A stretch of 64,000 nucleotides of DNA from an uncultured delta proteobacterium (GCA_963745025.1 CAVUWD010000006.1:96001-160000); one strand, 5' to 3'; positions 41,328 through 52,803 are shown, counted from the stretch's first letter. Numbers and translations: made by a program. The notes: generated by a model not told the origin, from the letters alone.

Positions 41328-42095
41328 TCACCCCTGGTGTGACGCGCGAAGCTCCAGCGCCTTGGCGTACTTCAGGAATACGTAGAACGCCGCCGTCGCG
41401 GCGACGAAGAACCCGGGCCACCCCTCGAGGATTCCGCGGTCGACGACGAGAGAACGAAAAAACCTCCAAGCCGGGGACAGGAGGAGCCGGCCCCCGCCCG
41501 CCCGACCGTGTTTGAGCGCCTCGACCGCGGAAATGTCCGTCAGCCGATTCACCGCCAGCAAGTGCTGTGACACGTCGGCATACGTGAAGTGCAGGAGGCT
41601 CCCGAAAAGCCGGCGGGTGCGTCCCTCGATCAGCACCTTCTCGTGAGGGTTGACACCTCCCCATCTCGCCTTGGAGCGGCGGAACAGCCGCAAGCGGTAG
41701 TCGGGGTACCAGCCGCCGCGGTACCACCAGCGCCCGAGGTAGTGCACCAGCCGGGGAACGTAGAAGCCGTCGATACCGGGAGCGCCGTCGGCGAGCTCGC
41801 GTTGGATCTCCGCGCGGAGCTCGGCCGACACACGCTCGTCGGCGTCCAGGTTCAATACCCACTCGAGACGCGCCTGATCGAGCGCGAACTGCTTCTGCTC
41901 GCGGTACCCCGGCCAGTCGCGGATGAAGATGCGGTGGGTGAATCCGCGGACGATGTCCACCGTCCGATCGGTGGAATGGGCGTCGACGACGACGATCTCG
42001 TCGCACCACGCCACGCTCTCGAGGCAGGCCTGGATGTTGTCCTCCTCGTTGTAACAGACGATGATCGCGGAAATATGCGCCCGCCGAGGTTGCAT
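41328..42095 (-). CDS. family 2 glycosyltransferase (WaaE/LgtF-like)
   Basis: CYNEEDNI, VVDAHSTDRT, LNLDADE, WYPDY..RLF. Confidence 0.9.
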   Translation of the reverse strand: MQPRRAHISAIIVCYNEEDNIQACLESVAWCDEIVVVDAHSTDRTVDIVRGFTHRIFIRDWPGYREQKQFALDQARLEWVLNLDADERVSAELRAEIQRELADGAPGIDGFYVPRLVHYLGRWWYRGGWYPDYRLRLFRRSKARWGGVNPHEKVLIEGRTRRLFGSLLHFTYADVSQHLLAVNRLTDISAVEALKHGRAGGGRLLLSPAWRFFRSLVVDRGILEGWPGFFVAATAAFYVFLKYAKALELRASHQG

Positions 42096-42150
42096 CGGAG
42101 CATCGACTGTCCCCGAGCGTTCGGCCGCTGTCAACCCGTCCAAGGTGACA

Positions 42151-42181
42151 TTGACGCGCCACCGAGAAAACGCTTTAAGTT
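42151..42181 (+). promoter_or_regulatory. sigma70-like promoter
   Basis: TTGACG at 42151 and TTTAAGTT at 42174-42181, about 10 nt before ATG 42191, no RBS. Confidence 0.45.
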
Positions 42182-42190
42182 CAGATTCTC

Positions 42191-42427
42191 ATGCGTCACT
42201 TCCTGCGGGCCGCTTGGCAGCGCTGGAAGCGAATCGCCGAGACGATCGGCCGCTTCCAGGCGAAGGTTTTGTGGGGCCTTCTCTACTTCGTCCTAGTGGC
42301 TCCGTTCGCCTTGGGCGTGAAGCTGTTCTCGGATCCCCTTCGCATCAAGAAGCGGTCGTCGCCAAGCTGGTGGCTGGACAAACCGCGCCAGACCTTAACT
42401 CTGGAGGACGCCCACCGGCAGTTCTGA
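42191..42427 (+). CDS. SxtJ-like small membrane protein
   Basis: W..IAE.IG...LLYFVLVAPF...DPLR...RQF; precedes carbamoyltransferase. Confidence 0.75.
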   Translation: MRHFLRAAWQRWKRIAETIGRFQAKVLWGLLYFVLVAPFALGVKLFSDPLRIKKRSSPSWWLDKPRQTLTLEDAHRQF

Positions 42428-42429
42428 AG

Positions 42430-42492
42430 GGGTTACCGGCTGCACGCCCCCGGCTACCCGCAAGACGAGTCCTTTGCGGTTCCGGTAGTCGG
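42430..42492. repeat. heptamer inverted-repeat element, degenerate copy
   Basis: GGTTACCGGCTGC...GGCTACCCGCAAGA...CTTTGCGG..CCGGTAGTCGG. Confidence 0.6.
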
Positions 42493-42518
42493 TCTGCGGT
42501 ACTGTCTCGACTCCCCGC

Positions 42519-44306
42519 ATGAAGATCCTCGGCATCTCCTGCTTCTATCACGATGCCGCCGCGGCGCTGATCGACGACGGCCGTCTGATCGCCGCGGCCG
42601 AGGAGGAGCGCTTCTCGCGCAAGAAGCACGACTCCGGCTTCCCCGAGGGTGCGATCGAGTTCTGTCTGGAGGCGGGTGCAATCACCGCGCGAGATCTCGA
42701 CTACGTCGTTTTCTACGAGAAGCCCTTCGTCAAGTTCGAGCGCATCTTGACTGACCGCGCTGCAGAGCTATCCCCGCGCATGGCGCTCCTTCACCGACGC
42801 GATGATGACGTGGATGCACGACAAGCTCTGGGTGAGCGCGGTGATCCGCGAGCGGCTCGGCATCGATGGCGCGAAGCTGCTGTTCGTCGACCATCACGGC
42901 TCGCACGCGGCGAGCGCGTTCTATCCCTCGCGCTTCGACGAGGCCGCGATCCTCACCGTCGACGGCGTCGGCGAGTGGACGACGGCGAGCTTCGGCGTCG
43001 GCGACGGCACGAACATCCGGCTGCTGCGCGAGATCCGTTTCCCGCACTCGCTCGGTCTCCTGTACAGCGTGTTCACCGCCTTCCTCGGCTTCGAGGTGAA
43101 CGAGGGCGAGTACAAGGTGATGGGCATGGCCCCGTACGGCGAGCCGCGCTACGTCGACAAGGTGTGGAAGCTGATCGAGGTCTCCCGCGACGGCGTCCTT
43201 CCGCCTGGACATGGACTACTTCGCGTACCACTACTCGCGCGACACCGCCTACAGCCGGAAGTTCATCGACCTCTTCGGCGCGCCACGGCAGCCTGGCATC
43301 AACTTCTTCACCTCGAGCTCGGGCTATCCGCAGCTACTTCGGCCCGAAGCCGGGCAACTACGACCAGCTTCTGAGCGAGAACCAGTACTACGCCGACGTC
43401 GCGGCCAGCATCCAGAAAGTGACCGAGGAGGTCGATGCTGACGATGGTCCGCGCAATCCACGCGGAAACCGGCCTCAAACGGCTCTGCCTGGCCGGCGGC
43501 GTGGCGCTCAACAGCGTCGCCAACGGCCGGATCGTCCGCGAGACGCCGTTCGAGGAGCTCTACGTCCAGCCCGCCGCCGGCGACAGCGGCGGCGCGCTCG
43601 GCGCCGCGCTCTACGCCTACCACGAATTGCTCGGCAAGCCGCGCACGGGCCACGTCATGGACCACGCCTACTGGGGGAAGGAATACGGCGACACGGACGT
43701 CCGCGCGGCGATCGATCGTCGCGGTCTGCGCTACGAATATTTCGACGACGAGTCCAAACTGCTCGATACGACGGTCGTCCGACTCTGGTAGCGGGCAAGG
43801 TGATCGGCTGGTACCAGGGCCGCTTCGAGTGGGGCCCGCGTGCGCTCGGCAATCGCTCGATTCTCGGCGACCCACGCCGCGCGGAGATGAAGGACGTCGT
43901 CAACACCAAGATCAAGTTCCGCGAGCCCTACCGGCCGTTCGCCCCGTCCGTGCTGGCTTCGGAGAGCGAGCGCTTCTTCGACTTGCCGCAGAGCGAGCGC
44001 CATGATCCGGCGCGCTTCATGCTGCTCGTGGTTCCGGTCAAGAACGACGCGGTGCCCGCGGTCACCCACGTCGACAACAGCGCTCGGCTACAGACGGTGT
44101 TTCGCGAAACCAACCCCCGCTACTACGATTTGATTCAACGCTTCGGCGAAGCCACCGGCGTTCCCGTCGTGCTCAACACGTCCTTCAACTTGAAGGGTGA
44201 ACCGATCGTGACCACACCCGACAACGCGCTCAACACTTTCTTCGCGAGCGAGATGGACACGCTGGTGCTCGGCAACCACATTGTGCGAAAATCGGAGAAC
44301 GTATGA
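42519..44306 (+). CDS. NodU/CmcH-family carbamoyltransferase (several frameshifts, likely artefacts)
   Basis: YHDAAAA, EEERFSRKKHD, DGVGEW, EYKVMGMA, AGGVALN, GPRALGNRSI, LNTSFN across frames. Confidence 0.9.
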   Translation: MKILGISCFYHDAAAALIDDGRLIAAAEEERFSRKKHDSGFPEGAIEFCLEAGAITARDLDYVVFYEKPFVKFERILTDRAAELSPRMALLHRRDDDVDARQALGERGDPRAARHRWREAAVRRPSRLARGERVLSLALRRGRDPHRRRRRRVDDGELRRRRRHEHPAAARDPFPALARSPVQRVHRLPRLRGERGRVQGDGHGPVRRAALRRQGVEADRGLPRRRPSAWTWTTSRTTTRATPPTAGSSSTSSARHGSLASTSSPRARAIRSYFGPKPGNYDQLLSENQYYADVAASIQKVTEEVDADDGPRNPRGNRPQTALPGRRRGAQQRRQRPDRPRDAVRGALRPARRRRQRRRARRRALRLPRIARQAAHGPRHGPRLLGEGIRRHGRPRGDRSSRSALRIFRRRVQTARYDGRPTLVAGKVIGWYQGRFEWGPRALGNRSILGDPRRAEMKDVVNTKIKFREPYRPFAPSVLASESERFFDLPQSERHDPARFMLLVVPVKNDAVPAVTHVDNSARLQTVFRETNPRYYDLIQRFGEATGVPVVLNTSFNLKGEPIVTTPDNALNTFFASEMDTLVLGNHIVRKSENV

Positions 44307-44485
44307 AGAAGGCGCTTCAGCGGGCCGCCGGCCGGTTCGGGATCGTCGGCGAGCTGTTCGGTTTCCTCTGGGAGCAAAAGCTCTGGTGGATGATCCCGAT
44401 GATGACCGTGTTCGTGATCTTCGGCCTGCTGCTCGTCTTCACGCAGGGCTCGGCGCTCGCGCCGTTCATCTACACCCTGTTCTGA
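44303..44485 (+). CDS. DUF5989 (SxtK-like) small membrane protein
   Basis: KLWWMIP...GSALAPFIYTLF. Confidence 0.85.
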   Translation: MKKALQRAAGRFGIVGELFGFLWEQKLWWMIPMMTVFVIFGLLLVFTQGSALAPFIYTLF

Positions 44486-44498
44486 GTCGACCGGCCGG

Positions 44499-45746
44499 AT
44501 GCGCGCGCCTCGTTCCGTTCCCTTTCACCGGCCATCGATCGGCGAGAACGAGATCCGCGCGGTCATCGAAACCTTGCGCTCGGGCTGGATCACCACCGGA
44601 CCGCGGGTCAAGGAGTTCGAGGAGCGGTTTGCCGCCTACGTCGGCGCTCGACACGCCGTGGCGGTAAACTCCGGTACCGCCGCGATCCACCTCGGGCTGC
44701 TCGCCGCCGGCCTCGGACCGGGCGAGGCGATCCTGACGTCGCCAATCACCTTTCCCGCGACCACGGAAGCGGCGATCTATTGCGGTGCCGAGCCGCTCTT
44801 CGCCGACGTCGATCCGGTCACGCTGAACATCGATCCCGAGAAGGCGGCCGAGGCACTCGAACGCGAGCACGGGCAAAAGCGCATTCGCGTGCTGGTGCCA
44901 GTCCACTACGCCGGCCAGCCCTGCGCCATGGAGCAGCTCGTACCACTCGCCAAGCACTTCGGCCTCGCGATCGTCGAAGACGCGGCCCACGCCCTGCCCG
45001 CGTGGCGCCGCATGCCGTCTGGGGAGCCCGGGCCGACCCCTGGAGCCGCCGAGCCCGCTCCGCCGGGAGAGCGCTGGTGTATGGTGGGCACGATCGGCGA
45101 TCTCACGGCATTCAGCTTCTACGCGACCAAGACGATCACCACCGCCGAAGGCGGAATGATCACCTGCGAATCGGAGGAGGCGGCGGAGCTGCTACGAAGC
45201 CTTCGCCTCCACGGGCTCTCGGGAGACGCCTGGAAGCGTTACCGGTCGGAGGGGTCGTGGCGCTACGACGTGGCCCGAACCGGCTACAAGGACAACATGC
45301 CGGACGTGCTCGCGGCGATCGGCGTCGAGCAGCTGAGACGTGCCGACGAGCTCGCCGCGGCGCGCCGCCGCCTGGTCGACCTCTACCGGCAGATCCTGCG
45401 GCCGCTCGAGGAGCACTTGATCCTGCCGGCGGCGGAGACGCGCGCCGTCCACGCGTGGCACTTGTTCCCGATCCGCCTCCGTGATGCCTCACGGCGAAAC
45501 CGCCTGATCGAGGATCTGCGCGCACGCGGCATCGGTGCGAGCGTCCACTTCATCCCCGTTCATCTCCATTCGTTCTACGCCTCGACGTACGGCTACCGGC
45601 GGGGCGACTTCCCGGTCGCGGAGGCGGCCTTCGATTCGCTGATTTCGCTGCCGCTCTGGCCAGGACTCTCCGACGACGACGTGGGCTACGTCGCCGAAAC
45701 GATCGGCGAGCTGCTCGAGGACAAGTCGACGCCGGTCGCGAACTGA
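44499..45746 (+). CDS. DegT/DnrJ/EryC1/StrS sugar aminotransferase
   Basis: SGWITTGP, VEDAAHA, FSFYATKTITTAEGGM, SLPLWP. Confidence 0.93.
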   Translation: MRAPRSVPFHRPSIGENEIRAVIETLRSGWITTGPRVKEFEERFAAYVGARHAVAVNSGTAAIHLGLLAAGLGPGEAILTSPITFPATTEAAIYCGAEPLFADVDPVTLNIDPEKAAEALEREHGQKRIRVLVPVHYAGQPCAMEQLVPLAKHFGLAIVEDAAHALPAWRRMPSGEPGPTPGAAEPAPPGERWCMVGTIGDLTAFSFYATKTITTAEGGMITCESEEAAELLRSLRLHGLSGDAWKRYRSEGSWRYDVARTGYKDNMPDVLAAIGVEQLRRADELAAARRRLVDLYRQILRPLEEHLILPAAETRAVHAWHLFPIRLRDASRRNRLIEDLRARGIGASVHFIPVHLHSFYASTYGYRRGDFPVAEAAFDSLISLPLWPGLSDDDVGYVAETIGELLEDKSTPVAN

Positions 45747-45969
45747 GGCGCGTGGGCCAGCTTAACGTCCGCACCGAGCCCGCTCCGCCGGTCGATGGGC
45801 GCAGGGGATGTGATGCGTCCGCAATGCGTCCGAAAAGTTTAATCGATTGGACTCTTGCCGCTCGTTGCGCGCACGGTAGGTGGTCGAAAACCTCGGTTTG
45901 CGAAACGCTCAGCAGGAGAGCGGAAGAACTCCGAAGCGGAGCACCCGGCGGCACCCCTTCTGACGTCGC

Positions 45970-46425
45970 CTACCCCGCCGCCTTCTTCTTCGGCGCTTCC
46001 TTCTTCGGCGCCGCGGCTTCCTTCCTCGGCACCTTCTTCTTGCCCTTCCCCTTCGTCTTCGCCGCTTCCTCCTGCCCCGTCCACTCGATCATCGAGACCG
46101 GCGCGGCGTCGCCATGGCGGATGCCAAGCTTGGTGATCCGGGTGTACCCCCCCGGCCGGTCGCGGAATCGCGGCGCGAGCACCTCGAAGAGTTTGGTCAC
46201 CGCGTCACGGTCGCGCACGCGGTCGAACGCCCGCCGGCGAGCGTGCAGCGTCGCCTGCTTGCCGAGCGAGACCAGACGGTCGGCGAAGCGGCGGAGCTCT
46301 TTCGCCTTGGCGTCGGTCGTGCGGATCCGCTCGTGCCGAATCAGCGCGGTGGCAAGGTTACGCAGCAGCGCCTTCCGGTGCGCGCCCGAGCGGTTGAGCT
46401 TACGGCCCGATTTCTGATGTCGCAT
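45970..46425 (-). CDS. rplQ: 50S ribosomal protein L17
   Basis: [20 protein letters not shown]; Lys/Ala tail. Confidence 0.97.
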   Translation of the reverse strand: MRHQKSGRKLNRSGAHRKALLRNLATALIRHERIRTTDAKAKELRRFADRLVSLGKQATLHARRRAFDRVRDRDAVTKLFEVLAPRFRDRPGGYTRITKLGIRHGDAAPVSMIEWTGQEEAAKTKGKGKKKVPRKEAAAPKKEAPKKKAAG

Positions 46426-46428
46426 GGC

Positions 46429-47451
46429 TTACGCGCTCTCTTTTTCCTTCTGCAGCCGGCGCCGCTCGAGCTCCTCTCGGGGCAGGAAATTCTGCAGCTT
46501 CAATCCGAACGAGAGCCCCATGCCGGCGAGCATCTCCTTGATCTCGTTCAACGATTTACGGCCGAAGTTCTTGGTCTTGAGCATCTCCGCTTCGGTCTTC
46601 TGCACGAGCTCGCCGATGTACTTGATGTCGACGTTCTGCAGGCAGTTCGCTGCCCGCACCGAGAGCTCGAGTTCCTCGACTGGCCGGAACAGGTTCTCGT
46701 TCAACACCTCCGTCGTAGCGGTCAGCGCGACTTCAGCTTCGGGCTCTTCCTCGAAGTTGATGAAGAACGACAGCTGGTCCTGGAGAATACGCGCGGCATA
46801 CGCAACCGCGTCTTCGGGCCGCACGCTCCCATCCGTCCACACCTCGAACGTCAGACGGTCGTAGTCGGTGCGCTGACCGACGCGCGCATTGGTCACCGCA
46901 TAGTTGACCTTGCGGATCGGCGAGAACGCCGCGTCGAGCGGGATGGTCCCGACCGGCGCTCCCTCTTCCTTGTTGCGCTCGGCAATCACGTAGCCTCGAC
47001 CCACCCGGATTGCTAGATCCATCTCGAGGTGCGCATCTTTGGAGAGCGTCGCAATATGCTGCTCCGGATTGAGAATCTCCACGGCCGGCCCGTGTTTGAT
47101 GGCAGCCGCCGTCACAACGCCTTCGCCTTTGACGTCGATCCGCGCGGTCTGCGGCACGTCCTCGGTGACCTTGACCCGGACTTCCTTCAGATTCAGGACG
47201 ATGTCGGTCACGTCCTCACGCACGCCCGGAACCGTCGAGAACTCGTGCAGCACCCCGTTGATACGTACCGCGCTGATTGCCGCTCCCTGCAGCGAGGAGA
47301 GTAGAATGCGGCGCAGCGAATTGCCGACGGTGATGCCGAAGCCACGCTCCAGCGGCTCGGCCACGAACTTGCCGTAGTTAGCGGCGAGGCTCTTCTCCTC
47401 GACCTCCAATCGCTTCGGCTTGATCAGATCTTTCCAGTTTCTCTGAAGCAT
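46429..47451 (-). CDS. rpoA: RNA polymerase alpha subunit
   Basis: [26 protein letters not shown]; GGAGG RBS. Confidence 0.97.
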   Translation of the reverse strand: MLQRNWKDLIKPKRLEVEEKSLAANYGKFVAEPLERGFGITVGNSLRRILLSSLQGAAISAVRINGVLHEFSTVPGVREDVTDIVLNLKEVRVKVTEDVPQTARIDVKGEGVVTAAAIKHGPAVEILNPEQHIATLSKDAHLEMDLAIRVGRGYVIAERNKEEGAPVGTIPLDAAFSPIRKVNYAVTNARVGQRTDYDRLTFEVWTDGSVRPEDAVAYAARILQDQLSFFINFEEEPEAEVALTATTEVLNENLFRPVEELELSVRAANCLQNVDIKYIGELVQKTEAEMLKTKNFGRKSLNEIKEMLAGMGLSFGLKLQNFLPREELERRRLQKEKESA

Positions 47452-47504
47452 GAGACCTCCTGATCGGAACGGCGGTACGATGGTTCGTGCCGCGTCCGGA
47501 GCGG

Positions 47505-48131
47505 CTACTTCGAATACAGCTCGACGACGAGCTTCTCGTTGATCGGCGCGGTTAAATCGGCACGGGCCGGCAACGCTTTGACGCGCCCCGTAAACGTCTG
47601 CCGATCGACTTCGAGCCAGTCGGGAATTCCTCGGCGTTGCGAAGCTTCCAGGGCTTCGGCGATGCGAGCCACCTGTCGGCTCTTCTCGCGGATCGTGATG
47701 ACGTCGCCCACTTTCGCCAGGTACGACGGAACGTTCACCTTGCGTCCGTTGATCGTGCAATGGCCATGGCGCACGAGCTGTCGACCTTCCGAGCGCGAAT
47801 TGGCGAAGCCCATTCGGTACATCAGATTGTCGAGCCGGCGCTCGAGCAGAATCAACAGCGACTCGCCGGTGACCCCCTTGCCCCGCTCCGCGATGTGGAA
47901 GTAGCGACGAAACTGTCGCTCGAGCACGCCGTAGATGCGCCGGAGCTTCTGCTTCTCGCGGAGCTGGATCGCGTATTCCGAGAACTTCGCGCGGCGCTGA
48001 CCGTGCTGGCCGGGAGGATAATTACGCCGCTCGATCGCGCATTTGTCGGTGTAGCAGCGCTCACCCTTGAGAAACAGCTTGACGCCTTCCCGGCGACAGA
48101 GACGACATACGGAATCGGTATATCTAGCCAT
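47505..48131 (-). CDS. rpsD: 30S ribosomal protein S4
   Basis: MARY...[20 protein letters not shown]. Confidence 0.97.
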   Translation of the reverse strand: MARYTDSVCRLCRREGVKLFLKGERCYTDKCAIERRNYPPGQHGQRRAKFSEYAIQLREKQKLRRIYGVLERQFRRYFHIAERGKGVTGESLLILLERRLDNLMYRMGFANSRSEGRQLVRHGHCTINGRKVNVPSYLAKVGDVITIREKSRQVARIAEALEASQRRGIPDWLEVDRQTFTGRVKALPARADLTAPINEKLVVELYSK

Positions 48132-48152
48132 AAACCCTCGACGCGTATCGCA

Positions 48153-48638
48153 TCACACTCTCCTGCGCTTGGGCGGCCGACAGCCATTGTGTGGAATCGG
48201 CGTGACGTCGCGGATGATATGGATCTGGAACCCGGCCGCCTGAAGGCTCCGGAGTGCCGATTCGCGCCCGGCTCCCGGACCTTTCACGTAGACCTGTACG
48301 GTGCGCATGCCGTATTCCTGTGCCTTGCGCGCCGCGCTTTCGGCGGCGAGCTGCGCGGCGAACGGTGTTCCCTTGCGCGAGCCCTTGAACCCGACCGTAC
48401 CCGCGCTCGCCCACGACAGCGTGGCACCTTGCGGATCGGTGATCGTGACGATCGTATTGTTGAAGGTCGAATGGATGTGGGCGACCCCCTCGGACACGAC
48501 CTTCTTCGCCTTGCGCTTCCGCGGGACTTTCTCGGGCGCCGCTGCCCCCGCCGCGGCGGCTCCGGGACCGCCCCCCGCGGTCGGCTGCGTCTCGGGCTTC
48601 GCTTCCGGCGTCGTCTCTGGATTCGCTTCTTTCGCCAT
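48153..48638 (-). CDS. rpsK: 30S ribosomal protein S11 with N-terminal extension
   Basis: [26 protein letters not shown]. Confidence 0.97.
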   Translation of the reverse strand: MAKEANPETTPEAKPETQPTAGGGPGAAAAGAAAPEKVPRKRKAKKVVSEGVAHIHSTFNNTIVTITDPQGATLSWASAGTVGFKGSRKGTPFAAQLAAESAARKAQEYGMRTVQVYVKGPGAGRESALRSLQAAGFQIHIIRDVTPIPHNGCRPPKRRRV

Positions 48639-48793
48639 CAGTGCTCCGTCTTCGTTCCGACTGTTTCGATCGTGCTACGGCATCATTCCAGGCGGATGAG
48701 CTGCGGGCGTGGGATGCCCGCATGACCCGTGCCCGCTTCATGTCGGTCGGCTCCATCCACAATGCGATCGTCCGCTTTCGACTTTTGCTCCAT

Positions 48794-49177
48794 TTACTTC
48801 GCCTGAGGCGGTGCCTTCTTCCCGGCCACGGTCTTGCGCGGCCCCTTGCGGGTGCGAGCGTTCGTGTGGGTTCGCTGCCCGCGTACTGGCAGATTTCGGC
48901 GATGCCGGAGCCCCCGGTAGGTGCCGAGGTCCATCAACCGCTTGACATTGAGCGCAACCTCGCGACGGAGGTCTCCCTCGACCTTGTAGCTCTGGTCGAG
49001 GATCGAGCGGATACGTGCGATCTCATCGTCGCTGACCGCATCGGTCTTCTTGTTGAGATCGATCTTGGCCTCGGCGAGGATCTTCCTCGACGAGTTCCGC
49101 CCGACGCCATAGATGTAGGTGAGCGCGACTTCTATGCGCTTGTTCCTCGGAAGGTCAACTCCTGCGATGCGTGCCAT
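48794..49177 (-). CDS. rpsM: 30S ribosomal protein S13
   Basis: [26 protein letters not shown]. Confidence 0.97.
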   Translation of the reverse strand: MARIAGVDLPRNKRIEVALTYIYGVGRNSSRKILAEAKIDLNKKTDAVSDDEIARIRSILDQSYKVEGDLRREVALNVKRLMDLGTYRGLRHRRNLPVRGQRTHTNARTRKGPRKTVAGKKAPPQAK

Positions 49178-49259
49178 CAGTGGCGGCCTTTCCTGATTTC
49201 GTGAGGCTCTCTCTACCGTTGCGGCTTTTCGGCCGGTCGATCCGCTGACGGAACGGCTT

Positions 49260-49373
49260 TCAGCCTTGCCTCTGCTTGTGACGAGGATTCTTGCACTGAA
49301 TCCGAACCACTCCCTGGCGGCGAATCACTTTGCAGTCTTTGCAGATCTTCTTGACCGATGCCCGAACTTTCAT
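49260..49373 (-). CDS. rpmJ: 50S ribosomal protein L36
   Basis: [14 protein letters not shown]...HKQRQG. Confidence 0.95.
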   Translation of the reverse strand: MKVRASVKKICKDCKVIRRQGVVRIQCKNPRHKQRQG

Positions 49374-49380
49374 GAGCGTC

Positions 49381-49599
49381 TCACTTTTGACGATACGTAA
49401 TGCGTCCCCGCGAGAGGTCGTAAGGCGAGAGCTCAACCGTGACTTTGTCGCCGGGGAGGATCTTGATGTAGTGCATTCGCATCTTCCCGGAAATGTGCGC
49501 GAGCACCTTGTGCTTATTGTCGAGTTCGACACGAAACATCGCATTCGGCAGAGATTCGAGCACCGTGCCCGTGACTTCGATCGCTTCTCCCTTAGGCAT
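49381..49599 (-). CDS. infA: translation initiation factor IF-1
   Basis: [22 protein letters not shown]. Confidence 0.97.
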   Translation of the reverse strand: MPKGEAIEVTGTVLESLPNAMFRVELDNKHKVLAHISGKMRMHYIKILPGDKVTVELSPYDLSRGRITYRQK

Positions 49600-49616
49600 A
49601 TCGTTTCAGTCTAACC

Positions 49617-50378
49617 CTATAACTGCGTCAGCACCACGGGGCCTTCGGCGGTGATCGCCACCGAGTGCTCGAAATGGGCAGAGAGGCTGCCGTCTCGCGT
49701 GACCGCCGTCCAGCCGTCGTCCTTGACCATGACGCCGGGCTCGCCGAGGTTCAACATCGGCTCGATGGCGAGGACCATCCCCTCGCGCAGCAGCCGCCCT
49801 CGGCCGGGCTCGCCGAAATTCGGCACCTGCGGCTCCTCGTGGAGCCGGCGGCCGATGCCGTGACCGACGAACTCGCGGACGACCGACAGCCCGGCTCCCT
49901 CGGCATAACTTTGGATGGCATGCGACAGATCGCCGAGCCGGCTGCCGACATTGATCGTGCGGATTCCCTGCCACAGCGATCCGCGGGTGGCGTCCAGCAA
50001 GTGCTGAGCTTCTCGAGAGATCTTGCCGACGGGCACGGTCACCGCCGCATCACCGAAATAGCCCTCGACGGCGACGCCGAAGTCGAGCCCGACGATGTCC
50101 CCTTCCTTGAGGGCCCGAGAGGCGGGAATCCCGTGAACGACCTCCTCGTTGATCGAGACGCAGAGCGAGGCCGGAAACACGCGCGTGCCCACCCGGTATC
50201 CCTTGAAGGCGGGGACGGCGCCGCGCTTGCGCGTCATTTCCTCGGCGATGCGGTCGAGATCGAGCGTCGTCACGCCCGGCTTCACCTCGTCCTGGAGGCG
50301 CTGCAGCACCTCGGCGACGATCTGTCCGGCACGGCGCATGCATTCGAGGTCTTCTTTGGACTTGAGCTCGAGCTCCAT
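49617..50378 (-). CDS. map: methionine aminopeptidase type I
   Basis: VVHGIP, GHGIG..LHEEP, SAHFEH. Confidence 0.95.
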   Translation of the reverse strand: MELELKSKEDLECMRRAGQIVAEVLQRLQDEVKPGVTTLDLDRIAEEMTRKRGAVPAFKGYRVGTRVFPASLCVSINEEVVHGIPASRALKEGDIVGLDFGVAVEGYFGDAAVTVPVGKISREAQHLLDATRGSLWQGIRTINVGSRLGDLSHAIQSYAEGAGLSVVREFVGHGIGRRLHEEPQVPNFGEPGRGRLLREGMVLAIEPMLNLGEPGVMVKDDGWTAVTRDGSLSAHFEHSVAITAEGPVVLTQL

Positions 50379-51028
50379 CACGCGGCCTTCCGCAGGGCAG
50401 TGAGGATCTGCTCGAACACCTCGTCCGTGCCCTTCGCGCCATCGACCTCGCGGAGCATTCCCTTTTCGCGAAAGTGCTGTCGCAGCGGTCCCGACTGCTT
50501 GTCGTAGACCTCCATGCGCGCCTCGATCGTATCCTCGCGATCGTCGGCGCGCTGGTAGAGGTCGCCACCGCAGCGGTCGCACGTCAGATCATTCGCCGGG
50601 GGATTGAACTGCACGTGGTACATTCCGCCGCACTGACGACACGTACGTCGTCCCGACAGCCGGACGACCAGTTCCTCACGCGGCACCCACAGGCTGACCG
50701 CGCCGTCGAGGACCAGGCTCCGACGCTCGAGCATGGTCTCGAACGCTTCGGCCTGAGCGACGGTGCGCGGAAAGCCGTCGAGCAGAAACCCCGTGCGGCA
50801 ATCCTCCGCAGCGAGGCGCTCGTCGACGATCTCGTTGATCACCGAGTCGGGGACCAGCTCGCCACGGTCCATGTACTCCTTGGCTTGCTTGCCGAGCGCG
50901 GTGCCGTCCGCCACGGCCTGGCGCAGGATGTCCCCGGTGGAGATTTGCGGAATGTGGAAGTGATCCTGCAACAGCTTCGCCTGCGTTCCCTTTCCGGCGC
51001 CCGGAGGTCCCAAAAGAACGAGCCGCAC
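50378..51028 (-). CDS. adk: adenylate kinase
   Basis: GPPGAGKGTQ, LLDGFPRT, Zn lid CxxC..CxxC. Confidence 0.97.
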   Translation of the reverse strand: MRLVLLGPPGAGKGTQAKLLQDHFHIPQISTGDILRQAVADGTALGKQAKEYMDRGELVPDSVINEIVDERLAAEDCRTGFLLDGFPRTVAQAEAFETMLERRSLVLDGAVSLWVPREELVVRLSGRRTCRQCGGMYHVQFNPPANDLTCDRCGGDLYQRADDREDTIEARMEVYDKQSGPLRQHFREKGMLREVDGAKGTDEVFEQILTALRKAA

Positions 51029-51034
51029 GTGCGC

Positions 51035-52345
51035 CTACCCTTTTCTCCCGCGAATCCGCCCGCGCTTCATGAAACCCTCGTAGTTTCTCGTCAGCAGGTG
51101 AGTCTCCATCTGGGCGACGGTGTCCAGCGCTACCCCGACGACGATGAGCAGTGCAGTACCGCCGAAGTAGAATGGAACGTTGACCTGTCGAATCAGCAAG
51201 GTCGGCAGGATGCAGACGGTCGCAACGTAGATCGCGCCGCTGAGCGTCAGGCGCGTGAGAATGCGGTCGATGTACTCGGCCGTTCGCTGCCCGGGGCGGA
51301 TTCCGGGAACGTAACCGCCGTACTTCTTCATGTTGTCGGCCACGTCCACGGGATTGAACGTGACCGCCGTGTAGAAATAGCAGAAGAAGATGATCAGCCC
51401 GATGTAGACGAGGTCGTAGATCACCGTTCCCGGCACGAGCAGGTCGGAGACCAGGCGGGCGTACGGATGCTCGATGAACTGCGCGATGGTCGCCGGAAAG
51501 ATGAGGATCGAGGACGCGAAGATCGGCGGAATGACGCCGGTCGGGTTGATCTTCAGCGGCAGGTGCGAGGTTTGTCCGCCGTACATCTTTCGGCCGACGA
51601 CGCGTTTCGCGTACTGTACCGGGATTCGCCGCGCGGCCCGCTCCATGAAGATGATGAAGCCGATCACCAGAACCATGAAAGCGGTGAGCCCGAGCAGCAG
51701 GAAGAGCGACATCTCGCCTTCCTTGAAGAACTGATACGTGGTGATCGCCGCGGAGGGAAAATTGGCAACGATGCCGGCGAAGATGATGAGCGAGATGCCG
51801 TTGCCGATGCCGCGCTCGGTGATCTGCTCGCCGAGCCACATGATGAAGGCCGTGCCCGACGTCAGGGTGATCACGGTCATGGCGCGGAAGCTCCAGCCGG
51901 GGTGAAACACGACCGAGCCGCCGCCGGGCGCCTGGATACGTTCGAGACCCATGCTGATGAACGTACCCTGGATCACCGACAGTAGAATCGTGCCGTAGCG
52001 CGTGTACTGCGTGATCTTGCGCCGTCCGAGCTCGCCCTCCTTCGAGAGCTTCTCGAGATACGGGAAGACCACGGTGAGAAGTTGTAGGATGATCGAGGAC
52101 GAGATGTACGGCATGATCCCGAGCGCGAAGATCGAAAAGCGCTCGAGCGCGCCGCCGGAGAACATGTTGACGAGACCGAGCATCGTGTTGCGCGCCTGCT
52201 CGAAGAAGGCCGCCAGCGCCTGGCCGTCGATTCCCGGAGTCGGGATCGCCACGCCGGTGCGATACACAGCGAGCATTGCCAGCGTGAACAGTATGCGCCG
52301 GCGAAGCTCGGGAACGCGTGTGGCATTTTGGAATCCGTCGAGCAT
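51035..52345 (-). CDS. secY: preprotein translocase SecY
   Basis: [26 protein letters not shown]-like. Confidence 0.97.
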   Translation of the reverse strand: MLDGFQNATRVPELRRRILFTLAMLAVYRTGVAIPTPGIDGQALAAFFEQARNTMLGLVNMFSGGALERFSIFALGIMPYISSSIILQLLTVVFPYLEKLSKEGELGRRKITQYTRYGTILLSVIQGTFISMGLERIQAPGGGSVVFHPGWSFRAMTVITLTSGTAFIMWLGEQITERGIGNGISLIIFAGIVANFPSAAITTYQFFKEGEMSLFLLLGLTAFMVLVIGFIIFMERAARRIPVQYAKRVVGRKMYGGQTSHLPLKINPTGVIPPIFASSILIFPATIAQFIEHPYARLVSDLLVPGTVIYDLVYIGLIIFFCYFYTAVTFNPVDVADNMKKYGGYVPGIRPGQRTAEYIDRILTRLTLSGAIYVATVCILPTLLIRQVNVPFYFGGTALLIVVGVALDTVAQMETHLLTRNYEGFMKRGRIRGRKG

Positions 52346-52350
52346 GCCGT

Positions 52351-52803
52351 CTACGAGGTCGCAGTCGCCTCGACCGTACCACCCGCGGCGACGATCTTCT
52401 CGCGCGCCTTGGCGCTCACTGCGGCCACCTTGATCGTCAACGCCTTGGCGATTTCGCCGTCGGAAAGGATCTTGACCGGGCCTCGGCCCTTGACGACGCG
52501 CTCGCGGCGCAGGGTCTCCTCATCGATCACCGTACCCGCCGCGAATCGCTCCAGCCGTTCGAGCGACACGACCTCGTAGCGGACCCGCCGCGCGTTGTGG
52601 AAACCTCGCTTCGGCAGCCGGCGGGCGAGCGGCATCTGCCCGCCCTCGAAGCCCGGGGTGACCTTGGCGCCCGTTCGCGACCCGGCGCCCTTCTGTCCTC
52701 GCCCCGAGGTCTTACCGAGCCCCGAGCCGATGCCGCGGCCGAGCCGCTTCTTGCCTCTCACGGCGCCCTTGGCGGGCTTCAAGCTCCTCAGATCAACCGG
52801 CAC
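52351..52803 (-). CDS. rplO: 50S ribosomal protein L15
   Basis: [19 protein letters not shown]. Confidence 0.96.
   Translation of the reverse strand: MPVDLRSLKPAKGAVRGKKRLGRGIGSGLGKTSGRGQKGAGSRTGAKVTPGFEGGQMPLARRLPKRGFHNARRVRYEVVSLERLERFAAGTVIDEETLRRERVVKGRGPVKILSDGEIAKALTIKVAAVSAKAREKIVAAGGTVEATATS

Noticed and set aside
42191-44485. Saxitoxin biosynthesis cluster
   Set aside because: Only the widespread sxtI/J/K-like trio is present; no sxtA, sxtG or other core genes
45813-45832. 11-bp-period direct repeat ATGCGTCCG between convergent degT and rplQ
   Set aside because: Does not match the Pho half-site and no convincing downstream gene or promoter; could be chance
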